Source: Nitrospirota bacterium
GTDB lineage: Bacteria; Nitrospirota; UBA9217
DNA length: 64,000 bases
Direction: 5' to 3'
Assembly: GCA_963818475.1 (NCBI GenBank)
Contig: CAWFSF010000006.1
Coordinates: 160,001-224,000 of the forward strand
Shown: one piece after another, positions 31,577 to 46,592 of the stretch
Layout: every line of letters begins with the position of its first letter
Position numbering within the stretch: position 1 is the stretch's first letter
Position numbers and translations under genes: made by a program
Notes under the pieces: model-generated
What the model was told of the DNA's origin: nothing
Database searches by the model: none
Seen by the model: only the letters and a program-made list of their open reading frames with translations

Positions 31577-32368
31577 CTACGCTTTCCTGCTCTTCGGCTT
31601 CACAAAAATGTCCGACAAGGTCTTCCTGAGGGCCTGGGCGTCGGCGTTGTGCTCGATCGCTCCGCCGGACACGACCGAGATCTCGCCGGTTTCCTCCGAT
31701 ACGACGACCACGATCGCGTCCGATTCTTCCGTGAGGCCGATGGCGGCGCGGTGGCGCGTACCCAGCGATTTCGAAATGTTCGATGCAAGCGTGAGCGGCA
31801 GAAAACAGCCCGCGGCGATGAGCCTCCCGTTCCGGATGATGGCGGCCCCGTCGTGGATCGGCGAATAGGGCAGGAAGATGCTGATGAGGATCTCCTTGGT
31901 CACTTTGGCGTCCAGTTCCGTTCCCATTTCCACGATGGTCGTGAGGTCGGTGTCGCGTTCGAGCACGATGAGCGATCCGATCCGCTTGTTCGCCATGGAG
32001 ACGGCTGCCTTGACCGTTTCTTCGATGAATTTGGAGCCTTCCACGGGAGACAGGTGCCGGAAGAGATGGCGCTGCCCCACCTGGGCGAGCGTGCGCCTGA
32101 TCTCGGGCTGGAACAGGATGATGACGGCGAGGACGATCTGGGACCAGAAGCTGCGGATGAGCCAGTCGAGCGTGTAGAACTTGAGCCACTGCGATGCGCC
32201 GAGCGCGAGCATGATCAGCCCCATGCCGACCAGCATCTGAAAGGCCCGCGTGCCTTTGATCAGCAGCAGCAGACGGTAGAAGAGATAGTAGACGAGCGCG
32301 ATATCCACCGTATCGTTCAACCACCGGTAGTGCGCCAGCGCTTCTTTTATTTCAGTGAAGTTGGTCAT
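31577..32368 (-). CDS. cdaA: Diadenylate cyclase
   Basis: 3 TM, FQPEIRR, HDGA, GTRHRAA. Confidence 0.95.
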   Translation of the reverse strand: MTNFTEIKEALAHYRWLNDTVDIALVYYLFYRLLLLIKGTRAFQMLVGMGLIMLALGASQWLKFYTLDWLIRSFWSQIVLAVIILFQPEIRRTLAQVGQRHLFRHLSPVEGSKFIEETVKAAVSMANKRIGSLIVLERDTDLTTIVEMGTELDAKVTKEILISIFLPYSPIHDGAAIIRNGRLIAAGCFLPLTLASNISKSLGTRHRAAIGLTEESDAIVVVVSEETGEISVVSGGAIEHNADAQALRKTLSDIFVKPKSRKA

Positions 32369-32489
32369 CCGTTTGTTCCAAATTCTAAATTACAATATCG
32401 AAATCCCAAATAAATTCCAAACAGCAATCTCCAAAATTCAAACTGTTTGGTTTTTGACGCTTGGTGCATTATTTGCGTTTTGGAGCTTT

Positions 32490-33614
32490 CTATTTGGTGC
32501 TTGCTCTGACTATCGCATCGGTCATGCGCGCGACCTTGACCATCTGCGCCACATCATGGACCCGCACGACCCGCGCACCCCGCTCGATCCCGAGGGCGAT
32601 CGTCGCTGCCGTGCCTTCCTGTCTCCGGTCGGCCTCGGCGATCCCGAGGACGGTGCCGATGAACTTCTTGCGCGAGGTGCCGAGCAGGATCGGCCGGCCG
32701 AGGCTGCGCAATTCGCCGAGGCGGTTCAGGAGCGCAAGGTTGTGCTCCAGGGTCTTGCCGAAGCCGATGCCCGGATCTACGAGGATGCTCTCCGGCTTCA
32801 CGCCTGCCTGCACGGCGATGGTGATGCTGTCCGCCAGGTAGGACCTGACCTCGGCGACCACATCGGTGTAGACCGGGTTCTGCTGCATGTCGCGCGGTGT
32901 GCCCTTGATGTGCATGATGACCACGGCGGCGCCATGCTCGGCGGCTACGCCGGCCATATCCAGCGAGAACCGGAGTCCGCTGATGTCGTTCACGATCGAG
33001 GCGCCGGCCTCAAGCGCCTTCCGGGCGACCCTGGATTTGTAGGTGTCGACCGAGATCGGGATCGTGAGCTCCGAGGCGAGGCGTTCGATCACCGGAACGA
33101 TCCTCCGGAGCTCTTCGTCCTCAGAGACCGGCTCTGCGCCGGGCCGCGTCGATTCCCCGCCGACGTCGATGATATCCGCGCCCTGGGCTGCCATCAGCCG
33201 GGCCTGGGTAATGGCCCGGGCCGTATCGGCATGGCGGCCGCCGTCGGAAAAGGAATCGGGCGTCACGTTCAGAATGCCCATGATGTGCGTACGGCTGCCG
33301 AGGTCGAGGACCCGCCCTTTGCAGCTGACCCTCTGGTCCGTGCGCAGGTAGTTGTCAAGGAGTGACTGCAATGCTGCAGGGAGGTCCGGCGGGACATGAG
33401 CGTTCGTGCGGAACGCATCGGGGAGTTGCCGCAAACGCTCAGGCGAGGCGGTCAGGAGCGCCTCTTTTCCGTCCCGCGCCGGTTGAAAGCTGATGGAGAT
33501 CCCGCCGTCGAGCGCCCGGACAAAGTCACGCACCACGGCCTGCTGCCCCGTGGTCAGGCCCTGAATGGATACGGCGAGCGATCCGGCTTCAACGATCCTG
33601 ACAGCAAGCCCCAT
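32490..33614 (-). CDS. folP: Dihydropteroate synthase
   Basis: MGILNVTPDSFSDGG, GESTRPG, DPGIGFGK, SRK, RVHDV. Confidence 0.95.
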   Translation of the reverse strand: MGLAVRIVEAGSLAVSIQGLTTGQQAVVRDFVRALDGGISISFQPARDGKEALLTASPERLRQLPDAFRTNAHVPPDLPAALQSLLDNYLRTDQRVSCKGRVLDLGSRTHIMGILNVTPDSFSDGGRHADTARAITQARLMAAQGADIIDVGGESTRPGAEPVSEDEELRRIVPVIERLASELTIPISVDTYKSRVARKALEAGASIVNDISGLRFSLDMAGVAAEHGAAVVIMHIKGTPRDMQQNPVYTDVVAEVRSYLADSITIAVQAGVKPESILVDPGIGFGKTLEHNLALLNRLGELRSLGRPILLGTSRKKFIGTVLGIAEADRRQEGTAATIALGIERGARVVRVHDVAQMVKVARMTDAIVRASTK

Positions 33615-33622
33615 AGCGCGCC

Positions 33623-35429
<1,807 letters not shown>

Positions 35430-35534
35430 CGATGCAAACCTCCGATCCTGCGCGCCCTGCAAAGAAGCACGACAGGTAACCTTTTAATAATTTACCATAT
35501 TTTACTGCTGCTGACAACAGCTTCGATGCTCCGG

Positions 35535-36078
35535 CTATCCCTCTCGTTCCTCGAGGGGCAGGACGGCGATATAGGGCAGGTTGCGGTACCGGTCCTTGTA
35601 GTCGAGGCCGTATCCGACCACATACTTGTTGGGGATGCGGAAACCGGCGTAGTCCGCCTCGATCTGCCACTTTCCGCCGCTCCGACTTGTCCAGGAGCAC
35701 GCAGACCTTGAGCGACGCCGGGCCGCGGTCAATGAGCATTTGTTTGAGATACTGGAGCGTGACGCCGGAGTCAACGATATCCTCCACCAGCAGAACATGC
35801 TTGCCTTTGATGTCCTCTTTCATGTCGCACAGCATCTGCACCGGGGTCACTCCTTTGCCCTTGGAGGACGAGCTGGTGCAGTGCATGAAGTCCATCCGAA
35901 CGGAGATCCTGAGCGAACGGAGCAGGTCGGACATGAAAAAGATGGCGCCTTTGAGCACTCCGACGACCAGCAGGTCCTTGTCCGCATAGTCCTTGGAGAT
36001 CCGGGAGCCGAGTTCCTGGATCTTACGCTGGATCTCCTCGCTCGTGAAAAGCGGTTTACCGAAATCGATTCCTACCAT
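35535..36078 (-). CDS. hpt: Hypoxanthine phosphoribosyltransferase (frameshift near 35670)
   Basis: [25 protein letters not shown]. Confidence 0.93.
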
Positions 36079-36214
36079 TGCATGTCCTCCGTGAGATATA
36101 GTTCGCATCAGGTGTTTAGATCAGGTGTTTAGGCTGAAGGCTGAAGTTCAAAGCTGAAGGCTAAAGTTAAGGTTGAAGGGTGTAGTAGTGCGTTTCCCTT
36201 CAGTCTTCAGCCTA

Positions 36215-37604
36215 TTAACCTTCCGCCTGCTTCTTCACCCGCACCAGCAGCCGCTGCTTCGTGTCCGCCTGCGCCAGGAACCGCTGGTCGGTGCGCATCC
36301 CCATGACCCAGAGGATCTCGGTCCCGGAGCAGAGCAGCGGGACAATATCGCGCTGCCGTCGCGGGACCTTGGCATCCACCAGCAGGTCCTGCAGTTTCTT
36401 GCTTTTTCCGCCCAGGCCGGCAGGGTGGAACCGGTCGCCGGGGCGCCTGTTCCGGACCTGCAACGGGAGGCCTATCTTATCATAATCGAAAAGGGCCTGC
36501 CAGCAATAATTTGTATCAGGAGGCATTTCCGGGCCGTTGCACAGAACGGCCTCCACTTCAATTCCGCACTCCGGCACGGCTGTCCTGCCCGGGACCAGGA
36601 GGTTGCGGGTAAAGGGTGCTGCAGCTGTTGACGGACCAACAAGGAATTGTTCATAGGTCCGTTCGATCATAAGTTCTGCCGGGAGTCGCATGGTCCTGCC
36701 CGTCGGCGCTGCGGACATGAACTGGAGCGCTTCGTCGACCTGTAGAGACGAAAGGCTGGAAGGGCCGTCAGCAAGAGCATCTGCCAGTCTGCGCAGCAGC
36801 CTGCGTTTGATGGCCGGATGGAGCGCAAGGAATGCCTCGCGCTGCACAACGAAGCCGTCTTCCCGCTTCCCGGTGATCGCCTGAGCGGCCGATTCGACGG
36901 ACAGGTCCAGGGCTTCGCTTTCGTCTTTGAGCAGCGCTGCCTCGGCAGCGAGCGTCTCGACGATGCGCGGATTGAACTGCTTGAGAACAGGCATGAGTTC
37001 CAGCCGTATCCTGTTCCTGGTATAGAGCGGTTTCGTGTTCGAGGGATCGGTCACGAACGTGAGCCCGGACCGCGCGAGGTGCTCCAGGACCTGTTCGCGC
37101 GTGATCTCGATGAGCGGCCTGATGAACGGGCCGCGTATCGGCGGGATGCCGGCAAGGCCTGCGCTGCCTGCACCGCGCAACAGCCGCAGGAGCACGGTCT
37201 CGGCCTGGTCCGTCGCGGTGTGGCCGGTGGCGATGCGCGAGGCGCCGATCTTTTCAGCTGTCCGGGAAAGAAAGGCATACCGCGCCTCCCGTGCTCCGGC
37301 CTGAACCGACAGTCCGCGCTCACGGCAGAGCGCTGCTGCATCGACGGACTCGATCGTGGACGGAAGGCCGAACTGTTTTGCAAGACCGGCAACGAACAGC
37401 GCTTCGTCCGCGGATTCTTTTCCCCGGAACATATGGTCGAGGTGCGCTACATGGAGTGAGATGGCCCAGTTCGTCGGAAAGCGCATGGAGCGCCGCGAGG
37501 AGGCAGACGGAATCAGGGCCGCCCGAGACCGCGACGAGCACGGTCTCGCCGGGACTCAGCATCCGGTATTTCAGTACGGTTTTTTTTAGCTTGGCAAGCA
37601 GCAT
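36215..37604 (-). CDS. tilS: tRNA(Ile)-lysidine synthetase (5' frameshift)
   Basis: AVSGGPDS, AREARY, GHTATDQAET, RNRIR. Confidence 0.93.
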
Positions 37605-37752
37605 CGTATTCATTGAACCAGAGGCCGGCAGCAGCAGACGACAAGGCACGTGGAACGATCCGACTCCAGCATTCTCCCTGGTTGTTTTTTGTAGTATACC
37701 GGAGAGGGTAGCAAGAACGAATACAGACTCATCGTGAGCGAGGGGAGAAGAA

Positions 37753-37828
37753 TGGTGGCGGTGCAGGGACTCGAACCCCGGACACAGGGATTATGATTCC
37801 CCTGCTCTACCAGCTGAGCTACACCGCC
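37753..37828 (-). tRNA. tRNA with CAT anticodon (probably elongator Met)
   Basis: GGCGGTG/CACCGCC acceptor stem, anticodon loop ATCATAA, GTTCGA T-loop, encoded CCA. Confidence 0.93.
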
Positions 37829-38044
37829 CCATGAAAAAACACGGGTAAAGATACTGCATTGCGGAATTTTTGTCAAGAAAAACCGTACTGGATTGTCGTT
37901 CTTCAGGGCAGGTGGAACAAAAGATGTGCAACAGCGCTGGATGAAGTACTGTTCGCCTCTGCAATCTTGGCAAGGACCGGGTGTCAAGACCCCGGCGGGC
38001 AGCGTCCTGTTATTCGCCGCAGGAGACCGCCCGCAAGGGCAATT

Positions 38045-38251
38045 TTAACGGGTGGACCTGTTTGTTTTGCTCATCTTGAGGCTTTTCAGCCTTCGTTTCT
38101 TGGCCTCTATCCGTTTTCGTTTCTTTTTGATCGATGGTTTCTCGTAATGGCGCCTGTTCTTCAGTTCCCGGAACAAGCCATCGGTCTGCATTTTGCGCTT
38201 GAGCAGCCGGATAGCTTTTTCTATGTTTTTATCGTCAACCCTTATCTCCAA
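38045..38251 (-). CDS. rpsU: 30S ribosomal protein S21
   Basis: IEKAIR.LKRK...G..RELK.RRHYEKPS. Confidence 0.92.
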   Translation of the reverse strand: MEIRVDDKNIEKAIRLLKRKMQTDGLFRELKNRRHYEKPSIKKKRKRIEAKKRRLKSLKMSKTNRSTR

Positions 38252-38592
38252 TTATTCGACTTCCTTCCTCCGCCGCCACCGCCGCGATCAAATCCGGAAC
38301 GCTGTCCACCCCTTCCTCCGCCGCCACCGGTCCGGGGACGATCCGTTTGGGGCCGAGCCTCACTGACATTGATCGTCCGGTCCAGAACAGCCGTGCCGTT
38401 CAGCGTTGCGATCGCTTTATCAGCGTCCTCGTCAACTGCCATTTCAACGAAACCGAAACCCTTTGACCTGCCTGTTGCAGCATCCGTGATGATCCTTACC
38501 GACTGAACTTCCCCGATGGCCGCGAATACTTCCTTGAGACTGTCTTCGGTCACGTTGTACGACAAATTGCCCACATACAGTTTCTTTGCCAT
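38242..38592 (-). CDS. RRM RNA-binding protein with Gly-rich tail
   Basis: LYVGNL (RNP2), KGFGFVEM (RNP1). Confidence 0.93.
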   Translation of the reverse strand: MAKKLYVGNLSYNVTEDSLKEVFAAIGEVQSVRIITDAATGRSKGFGFVEMAVDEDADKAIATLNGTAVLDRTINVSEARPQTDRPRTGGGGGRGGQRSGFDRGGGGGGRKSNNWR

Positions 38593-38855
38593 TTGCTCCT
38601 CCTGTCTGGTTGTTCACTGCACTACGGTCGCACATGTCTGCTACTTTGTTCGTATGAGGGAACCGGAAATCCCGAAGAAACCGTAACTGTTTTCAGATGG
38701 TTTTCAGTGCTTGCGTCCAGAGACTTTAAAACTGAGCAATAAAAATAAAAAAGACCGCAAAAATATAAGTTTTTGCAGTCCGAATCCGATTAACAAAAAC
38801 TCCGAAAATTACTTATGATAATCTGTGTACAGTATAGGTGGCATGCAAAGAAAAG

Positions 38856-40223
38856 TCAACCCGTTTTATTTTTTTTCCGGCTGCTGACCGGCTTTTTGCG
38901 GGGAGATTCTTCTTCTCTGCGCCGTTTGGGGAATATCCGGACGGGCGTGCCCAGGAAGCCGAAGGCCCGGCGCAGGTTGTTCTCGATGAACCGGAGGTAT
39001 GAAAAATGGACGCCGTCCGGGTAGTTGACGAAGACGACGAAGGTCGGCGGTTTAATGTCCACCTGGGTGATGTAAAAGTACTTCACCCGCTTGCCGCGGT
39101 AGAGCGGCGGTTCGTGGTGCGCGGCAAGTTTTTCGAACACCCGGTTCAGGTCCGCCGTGGAGACCCGTTTCGAGGCCTCGACCATGACCTTGTCGATCTC
39201 GTCGAAGACCTTGGTGATGCGCTGCCGCGTCAATGCCGACATGGTGAGCACGGGCGCGTAATCGACGAACTTGAGCTTCTGCTCGGCCTGCGCCATCATC
39301 CGCTTGTATTCCTCTTCCTTGTCGGTGACCAGGTCCCATTTGTTCAGGATAATGATGATCGCCTTGCCGGCCTCGTGCGCCAGGCCGACGATCCGTTCGT
39401 CCTGCTCGGTGATTCCTTCGATGGAATCGATCAGGACGAGAGCCACGTCGGCGCGGTCCAGGCTTTTGATGGCCCGCATGACGCTGTATTTCTCTACGCC
39501 CTGAGTGACTCTGCCGCGGCTCCTGATGCCTGCAGTGTCCACGAGCACATACTTCCGGCCGTAGTACTGGTACAGGCTGTCCACGGCGTCCCTCGTTGTT
39601 CCCGAGACAGGGCTTACGATCATCCGGTCCTCGCCGATGAGCGCGTTGATGAACGATGATTTGCCCACGTTGGGCCTGCCGATGATCGCTATCCGCGGAT
39701 GGGTTTCCTCCGGCTCGGACCCGGTTACCGGAAGGAGCCGCGTCAGTTCCTCCATGAGCTCCGAAAAACCGCCGCCATGCTGTGCTGAAAGGGGATAGAG
39801 CGTGTCGATGCCGAGGCGGTAAAAGTCCAGGATGAGGCCCTCATGCCGGGCCCCGTCGACCTTATTCACGGCATAGAGCACGGGTTTGCCCGAGGCCCGG
39901 AGCCGCTGACACACTTCGATGTCGGCCGGCAGCAGGCCCTGCTGTCCGTCCATAAGGAAAACGATGATGTCCGCTTCTTCAATGGCGAGCGTGGTCTGCT
40001 CGCGCATCTTGGTGAACATGGGATCGTCGGTCTCCGGCTCGAACCCGCCGGTGTCGATGATCAGGAAATGCTTGCCTTCCCATTCCGCGTTGGCGTAGTT
40101 GCGGTCCCGCGTTACGCCGGGTTTGTCCTCGACGATGGCGAGGTTCCTGCCGATGATCCGGTTGAAGAGGGTCGACTTGCCGACATTCGGCCGGCCGACT
40201 ATGGCGATGACTGGTTTAGACAT
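38856..40223 (-). CDS. der: Ribosome biogenesis GTPase Der
   Basis: Two GRPNVGKS P-loops; DTGG/DTAG; NKVD/NKWD. Confidence 0.96.
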   Translation of the reverse strand: MSKPVIAIVGRPNVGKSTLFNRIIGRNLAIVEDKPGVTRDRNYANAEWEGKHFLIIDTGGFEPETDDPMFTKMREQTTLAIEEADIIVFLMDGQQGLLPADIEVCQRLRASGKPVLYAVNKVDGARHEGLILDFYRLGIDTLYPLSAQHGGGFSELMEELTRLLPVTGSEPEETHPRIAIIGRPNVGKSSFINALIGEDRMIVSPVSGTTRDAVDSLYQYYGRKYVLVDTAGIRSRGRVTQGVEKYSVMRAIKSLDRADVALVLIDSIEGITEQDERIVGLAHEAGKAIIIILNKWDLVTDKEEEYKRMMAQAEQKLKFVDYAPVLTMSALTRQRITKVFDEIDKVMVEASKRVSTADLNRVFEKLAAHHEPPLYRGKRVKYFYITQVDIKPPTFVVFVNYPDGVHFSYLRFIENNLRRAFGFLGTPVRIFPKRRREEESPRKKPVSSRKKNKTG

Positions 40224-40415
40224 GATCAGTACACGATAATAACCACGGAGGCAGCGGGGCGTTGGAGCGCTCCGCGTGCAGGGTTATACCTTTCTCTGTG
40301 GTTGACAGCGGGCACTATATCATTATTGCGCTCTTCATTACAAGAAAAAACCTTGCGAAGCCCTGCTGTTTATGTTATTTATTGACATTCAAATGGTCCC
40401 GCACAGGAGGTTCAG

Positions 40416-40947
40416 ATGAGTGCAAAGAACAGTGTCGCCGTCATAGCTTTTTTCATACTGCTCTCCGCATCGCCGGCTTCTGCGGAACTGTACCGATGGG
40501 TGGACAGGGACGGGCAGGAGTTCTTCACGAACGAGCCCACGAAGGTCCCGCAGGAGTACCGGAGCACGGCCACCGCTATAAAGACCGACGATAATCGGGT
40601 CAGCGTCGCAGGGAAACCGGCACTGCCGCATTCGCCGACCGTGGAGGTCAGGGAGCACCGTGACAAGAACGGCCGCGGCGAAGAGTGGTGGCAGCCGGCG
40701 TGCCGAGAACCAGCGCCTGGAGCTTCGCAAGCTTGAGGACGACCTTGATCTGCTGCAGAAGAAAGAACAGGACCAGGAAGCGAAGTCAACGCGGATATCC
40801 GGAAAAAAGAAAAAGTCTTCAGCGGCTGATGACCGAAAAAAGATGCAGCTTGAAAAGAAGATCGCCCAGGCAAAACGCCGGCTTGAGGTGGATCTTCCCG
40901 AGGAAGCGCGCAAGGCTGACGCGTACCCCGGATGGCTGCGGGAATAA
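40416..40947 (+). CDS. DUF4124-like secreted protein with coiled-coil tail (frameshift near 40695)
   Basis: Signal peptide + AELYRWVD.DG...FTN. Confidence 0.75.
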
Positions 40948-41067
40948 CGGCCGCTTCCCGACAATCCCGCGAATGTGCCAACCGTGAGGGGGCCGGCTCG
41001 CCCGGAAAAGGGGAGCAAGGAGTATTTGGTAAGGAGAAAACCGGGTGTTTCCCGGGACCAGTGCGTT

Positions 41068-41743
41068 ATGAAAATAATCATCGTTGCCAAGAACCTCCTG
41101 CCGGTCTTCGACAGCAATGCAACTATCTTTAGGAGGGGTGGCATCACGCTGCTTGCCGCTCAATCTTCGGAAGAGATTCTTACGCTGCATGGTCTCAAGA
41201 ATGCAGACCTCATTATAACCGATCAGGCCGTACCGCCTCATGGGTGCGGTAACGCTGTGCACCGCCATCCGCAATGATGGCCGGCTGAAAAAAGTGTCCA
41301 TCATTGTGACCGGCGACAACAGCGGGGAGGGCGGGGCGAAATGTCTGGAGGCAGGGGCCAACGCCTTTATCCCGGCGCCGATCGACCCCGTGGCGCTTTT
41401 TTCCACAATGTCCGAACTGCTCCTGGTGCCGCAGCGGAAGGACATGCGGGTGTTGCTGCGCGCCTCCGTAAAAGGACTGGAAGGCGATGAGTCATTTTTT
41501 GCGGCGTCACAGAACATCAGCATTTCGGGTATGATGCTGGAGACCGACCGGAGCCTTGCGCCGGGGGACCGGCTGACCTGCTCATTTAACATCGCACACA
41601 GCGAGATCAGGGTTTCCTGCATGATCGTACGGGCCGACCTGACCGCTTCCGGGAGACACCGATACGGCGTGAATTTTTTAAACCTTGATACGAAGTCGCT
41701 GATCATCATAGAAAACTATGTCAAGGTCCAGGCGCGGCGCTAG
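41068..41743 (+). CDS. Degenerate receiver + PilZ protein (frameshift near 41240)
   Basis: GANAFI..P; PilZ QRKDMR and NISISG. Confidence 0.75.
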
Positions 41744-41763
41744 CGGTCCCGGTTTTTCAATGT

Positions 41764-44250
<2,487 letters not shown>

Positions 44251-44282
44251 ATCGCTGCGGGGTGCCCCCTGAGAAGCCGAGG

Positions 44283-44867
44283 ATGAACAGCGTGCAAAGC
44301 AGCCGTATCAGATACAGTATCCTTCTGGCAGTGTTCCTGCTCGCGTCTTCCTGCGGGTACCGCCTCTCCGGGACCGGCGGCGTGGTGCCCGAAGGGACCA
44401 GGCTTGTCGCTATTCCCGTGTTCCTCAACGGTACGAATGAGCCCTATGTGGATGTGGAGGTGACGCAGGCTGTGGTGCAGGAGTTCCTGACCGACGGCAG
44501 GCTGAAGGTCGTCAGTCCCGAAGAGGCGGAGCTGGTCCTCCATGGCAAGGTGACCAAATACGAGGTCCTGCCGCTGTCGTTCACGGCCGCTTCCCACATT
44601 CAGCAGTACAAGGTGCATATCACGGTGGATGCACGTCTCGAGGATCTGAGAGCAAAAAAGATCCTGTGGCAGGAAAAAGGGATCACGTCGCTTTTTATCT
44701 CGGACTATTCAGTGGCCTATGCTCCTGTCACTGCTCCGACAACGACCGTGCCGATCGGTGAGGCGGCGAACATATCGCAGACAAAGATCTCAAAGGAGAC
44801 GGCCATTCAGAAGGCGAGCCGCGACATTGCCTGGACGATCCGAAGCCTCGTGCTGGAAGGTTTTTAA
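44283..44867 (+). CDS. lptE: LPS assembly lipoprotein LptE-like
   Basis: Lipobox SSCGY; conserved leuS-lptE-holA order. Confidence 0.8.
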   Translation: MNSVQSSRIRYSILLAVFLLASSCGYRLSGTGGVVPEGTRLVAIPVFLNGTNEPYVDVEVTQAVVQEFLTDGRLKVVSPEEAELVLHGKVTKYEVLPLSFTAASHIQQYKVHITVDARLEDLRAKKILWQEKGITSLFISDYSVAYAPVTAPTTTVPIGEAANISQTKISKETAIQKASRDIAWTIRSLVLEGF

Positions 44868-45001
44868 ATGCAGGTTTTGCAACAGCGGCCCTCGGCCGGG
44901 AACCGCAGAGAGGCATTGAAGGAGCCTTACTCGTTGTTAATTCCGCGATCCGCAATCCGCATTCCGCAATTTGAGCGCCGCCAAGGCAACCCCCCTGTAT
45001 C

Positions 45002-46024
45002 ATGCTGAAGCATCAAGAACTCATGTCCGGCCTCAAGCAGGGAAAGATCCTCCCTGCCTATCTGCTCTTCGGCGACGAGGAGTTCCTGCTCCAGGAGGCC
45101 GTTGACCTGATCACGGCCAAGGTCGTGGACCCTGCGGCCAGGGACTTCAATTGCAATGTTGTTTACTGCCGCGACACCCCGGTCTCGGACATCGTGAACT
45201 TTGCGCAGACCCTTCCGTTCATGTCCGCAAAGCGGCTGGTGATCGCCAAGGACATCGATGCGCTCAAGGCCGCCGATCTGGAAGAGCTCATTGCCTACCT
45301 GAAGGACCCTTCGCCCAGCACCTGCCTGGTGCTGATCTCGAACCAGGGGAAATACGACAAGAAGTCCGTGATCGCGGCGGTGGAGTCGCACGGCGCCGTG
45401 ACCCGGTTCTATGCGCTTCTGGACCGGGAGATCGTGGCCTGGATCGAGGCCTGGGCACGGGCACGGGGACTGTCGATGCAGCGCGACGCGGCGCCCTACC
45501 TGTGGCAGACCATCGGGAATGATCTGCAAAAGATCGGGAATGAGCTGCAGAAGGTCGAGATCTTCATCAAGGAGCGGAAAACGATCACCTTTGATGATGT
45601 GAAGACCGTGATCGGAGACTTCCGGGAATACACGTCCTTTGACCTGGCTGATGCGATCGGCCGCAAGGACCGGGAAAAGGCATTCCTCATCCTGTCCCGC
45701 TTGATCCAGGAAGGGGAGCAGCCGGTGGGTCTGCTCGGTTCGGTTTCCTGGAATTTCCGCCGGCTCATGCATGCCAAGTCCATGGAGCTTGCGGGGCTGG
45801 GGCCTGACGAGATCATGCGCAAGCTGAGGCCCCCGGTGATCTTTCACCAGGCGCCTCAGTTCAAGGAACAGATGAAGCGCTTCTCGCTCGACGAATTGCG
45901 CGGGGTCTTCGAGGTCCTGCTCCGGGCGGACCAAACGCTCAAATCAAGCGGGCTGGCTGGACGGCTGGTGCTGGAGCGGATGATCATGAGGATGTGCTGG
46001 GAAAGAGGACCGGTGAAGAGGTGA
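45002..46024 (+). CDS. holA: DNA polymerase III delta subunit
   Basis: YLLFGDEEFL, LPFMS.KRLV, GNDL..I.NELQK. Confidence 0.92.
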   Translation: MLKHQELMSGLKQGKILPAYLLFGDEEFLLQEAVDLITAKVVDPAARDFNCNVVYCRDTPVSDIVNFAQTLPFMSAKRLVIAKDIDALKAADLEELIAYLKDPSPSTCLVLISNQGKYDKKSVIAAVESHGAVTRFYALLDREIVAWIEAWARARGLSMQRDAAPYLWQTIGNDLQKIGNELQKVEIFIKERKTITFDDVKTVIGDFREYTSFDLADAIGRKDREKAFLILSRLIQEGEQPVGLLGSVSWNFRRLMHAKSMELAGLGPDEIMRKLRPPVIFHQAPQFKEQMKRFSLDELRGVFEVLLRADQTLKSSGLAGRLVLERMIMRMCWERGPVKR

Positions 46025-46132
46025 ATGGGTGGATCGGTAAAGAGGGAGATGATGGAGCAACCGACAGATCGGTGAATCAGTGAAGAAACTGAACTTTCCA
46101 GCCGCTTCACCGCTTCACCGATTGACCTGTTT

Positions 46133-46408
46133 TTATTTCGCTGCGGTGATCTTGCCTACCTTGATAGAAAGGCGGGAGATCTTGCGGGAAGCGGTGTTCT
46201 TATGGACGAGGCCCTTTGATGCTGCCTTGTCGTAGGCTTTCATGGCCTGGAGCATGGCTTCTTTGGCCACATCGGCGTTCTTGGTTTCAACGGCCTGCTC
46301 GACCTTCTTCGTCAGGGTCTTGAGCATGGATTTTGCTGATGCATTGAGCAAGCGCTTTTTGTCGGCCTGCTTCTGCCTCTTGATCACGGATTTATGTATT
46401 GCCGGCAT
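46133..46408 (-). CDS. rpsT: 30S ribosomal protein S20
   Basis: DKAASKGLVHKNTASRKISRL. Confidence 0.95.
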   Translation of the reverse strand: MPAIHKSVIKRQKQADKKRLLNASAKSMLKTLTKKVEQAVETKNADVAKEAMLQAMKAYDKAASKGLVHKNTASRKISRLSIKVGKITAAK

Positions 46409-46592
46409 ACTGTGTTCCTCCTTGGAATTTGTAAAACAGGTTGAATTTCTAACATAAATAACAGGCTACTGTCAAGCAAAAAAGGGTGAAGCGCCGGGTT
46501 ATTGCTTTTCCTAAAGGGGCTTTTCTGTTACAGTGCCCCATCCGCCCGCAGGTCCTGCGGCGTCCAATTATGCTGTATCGAGGTGGTTGTGC

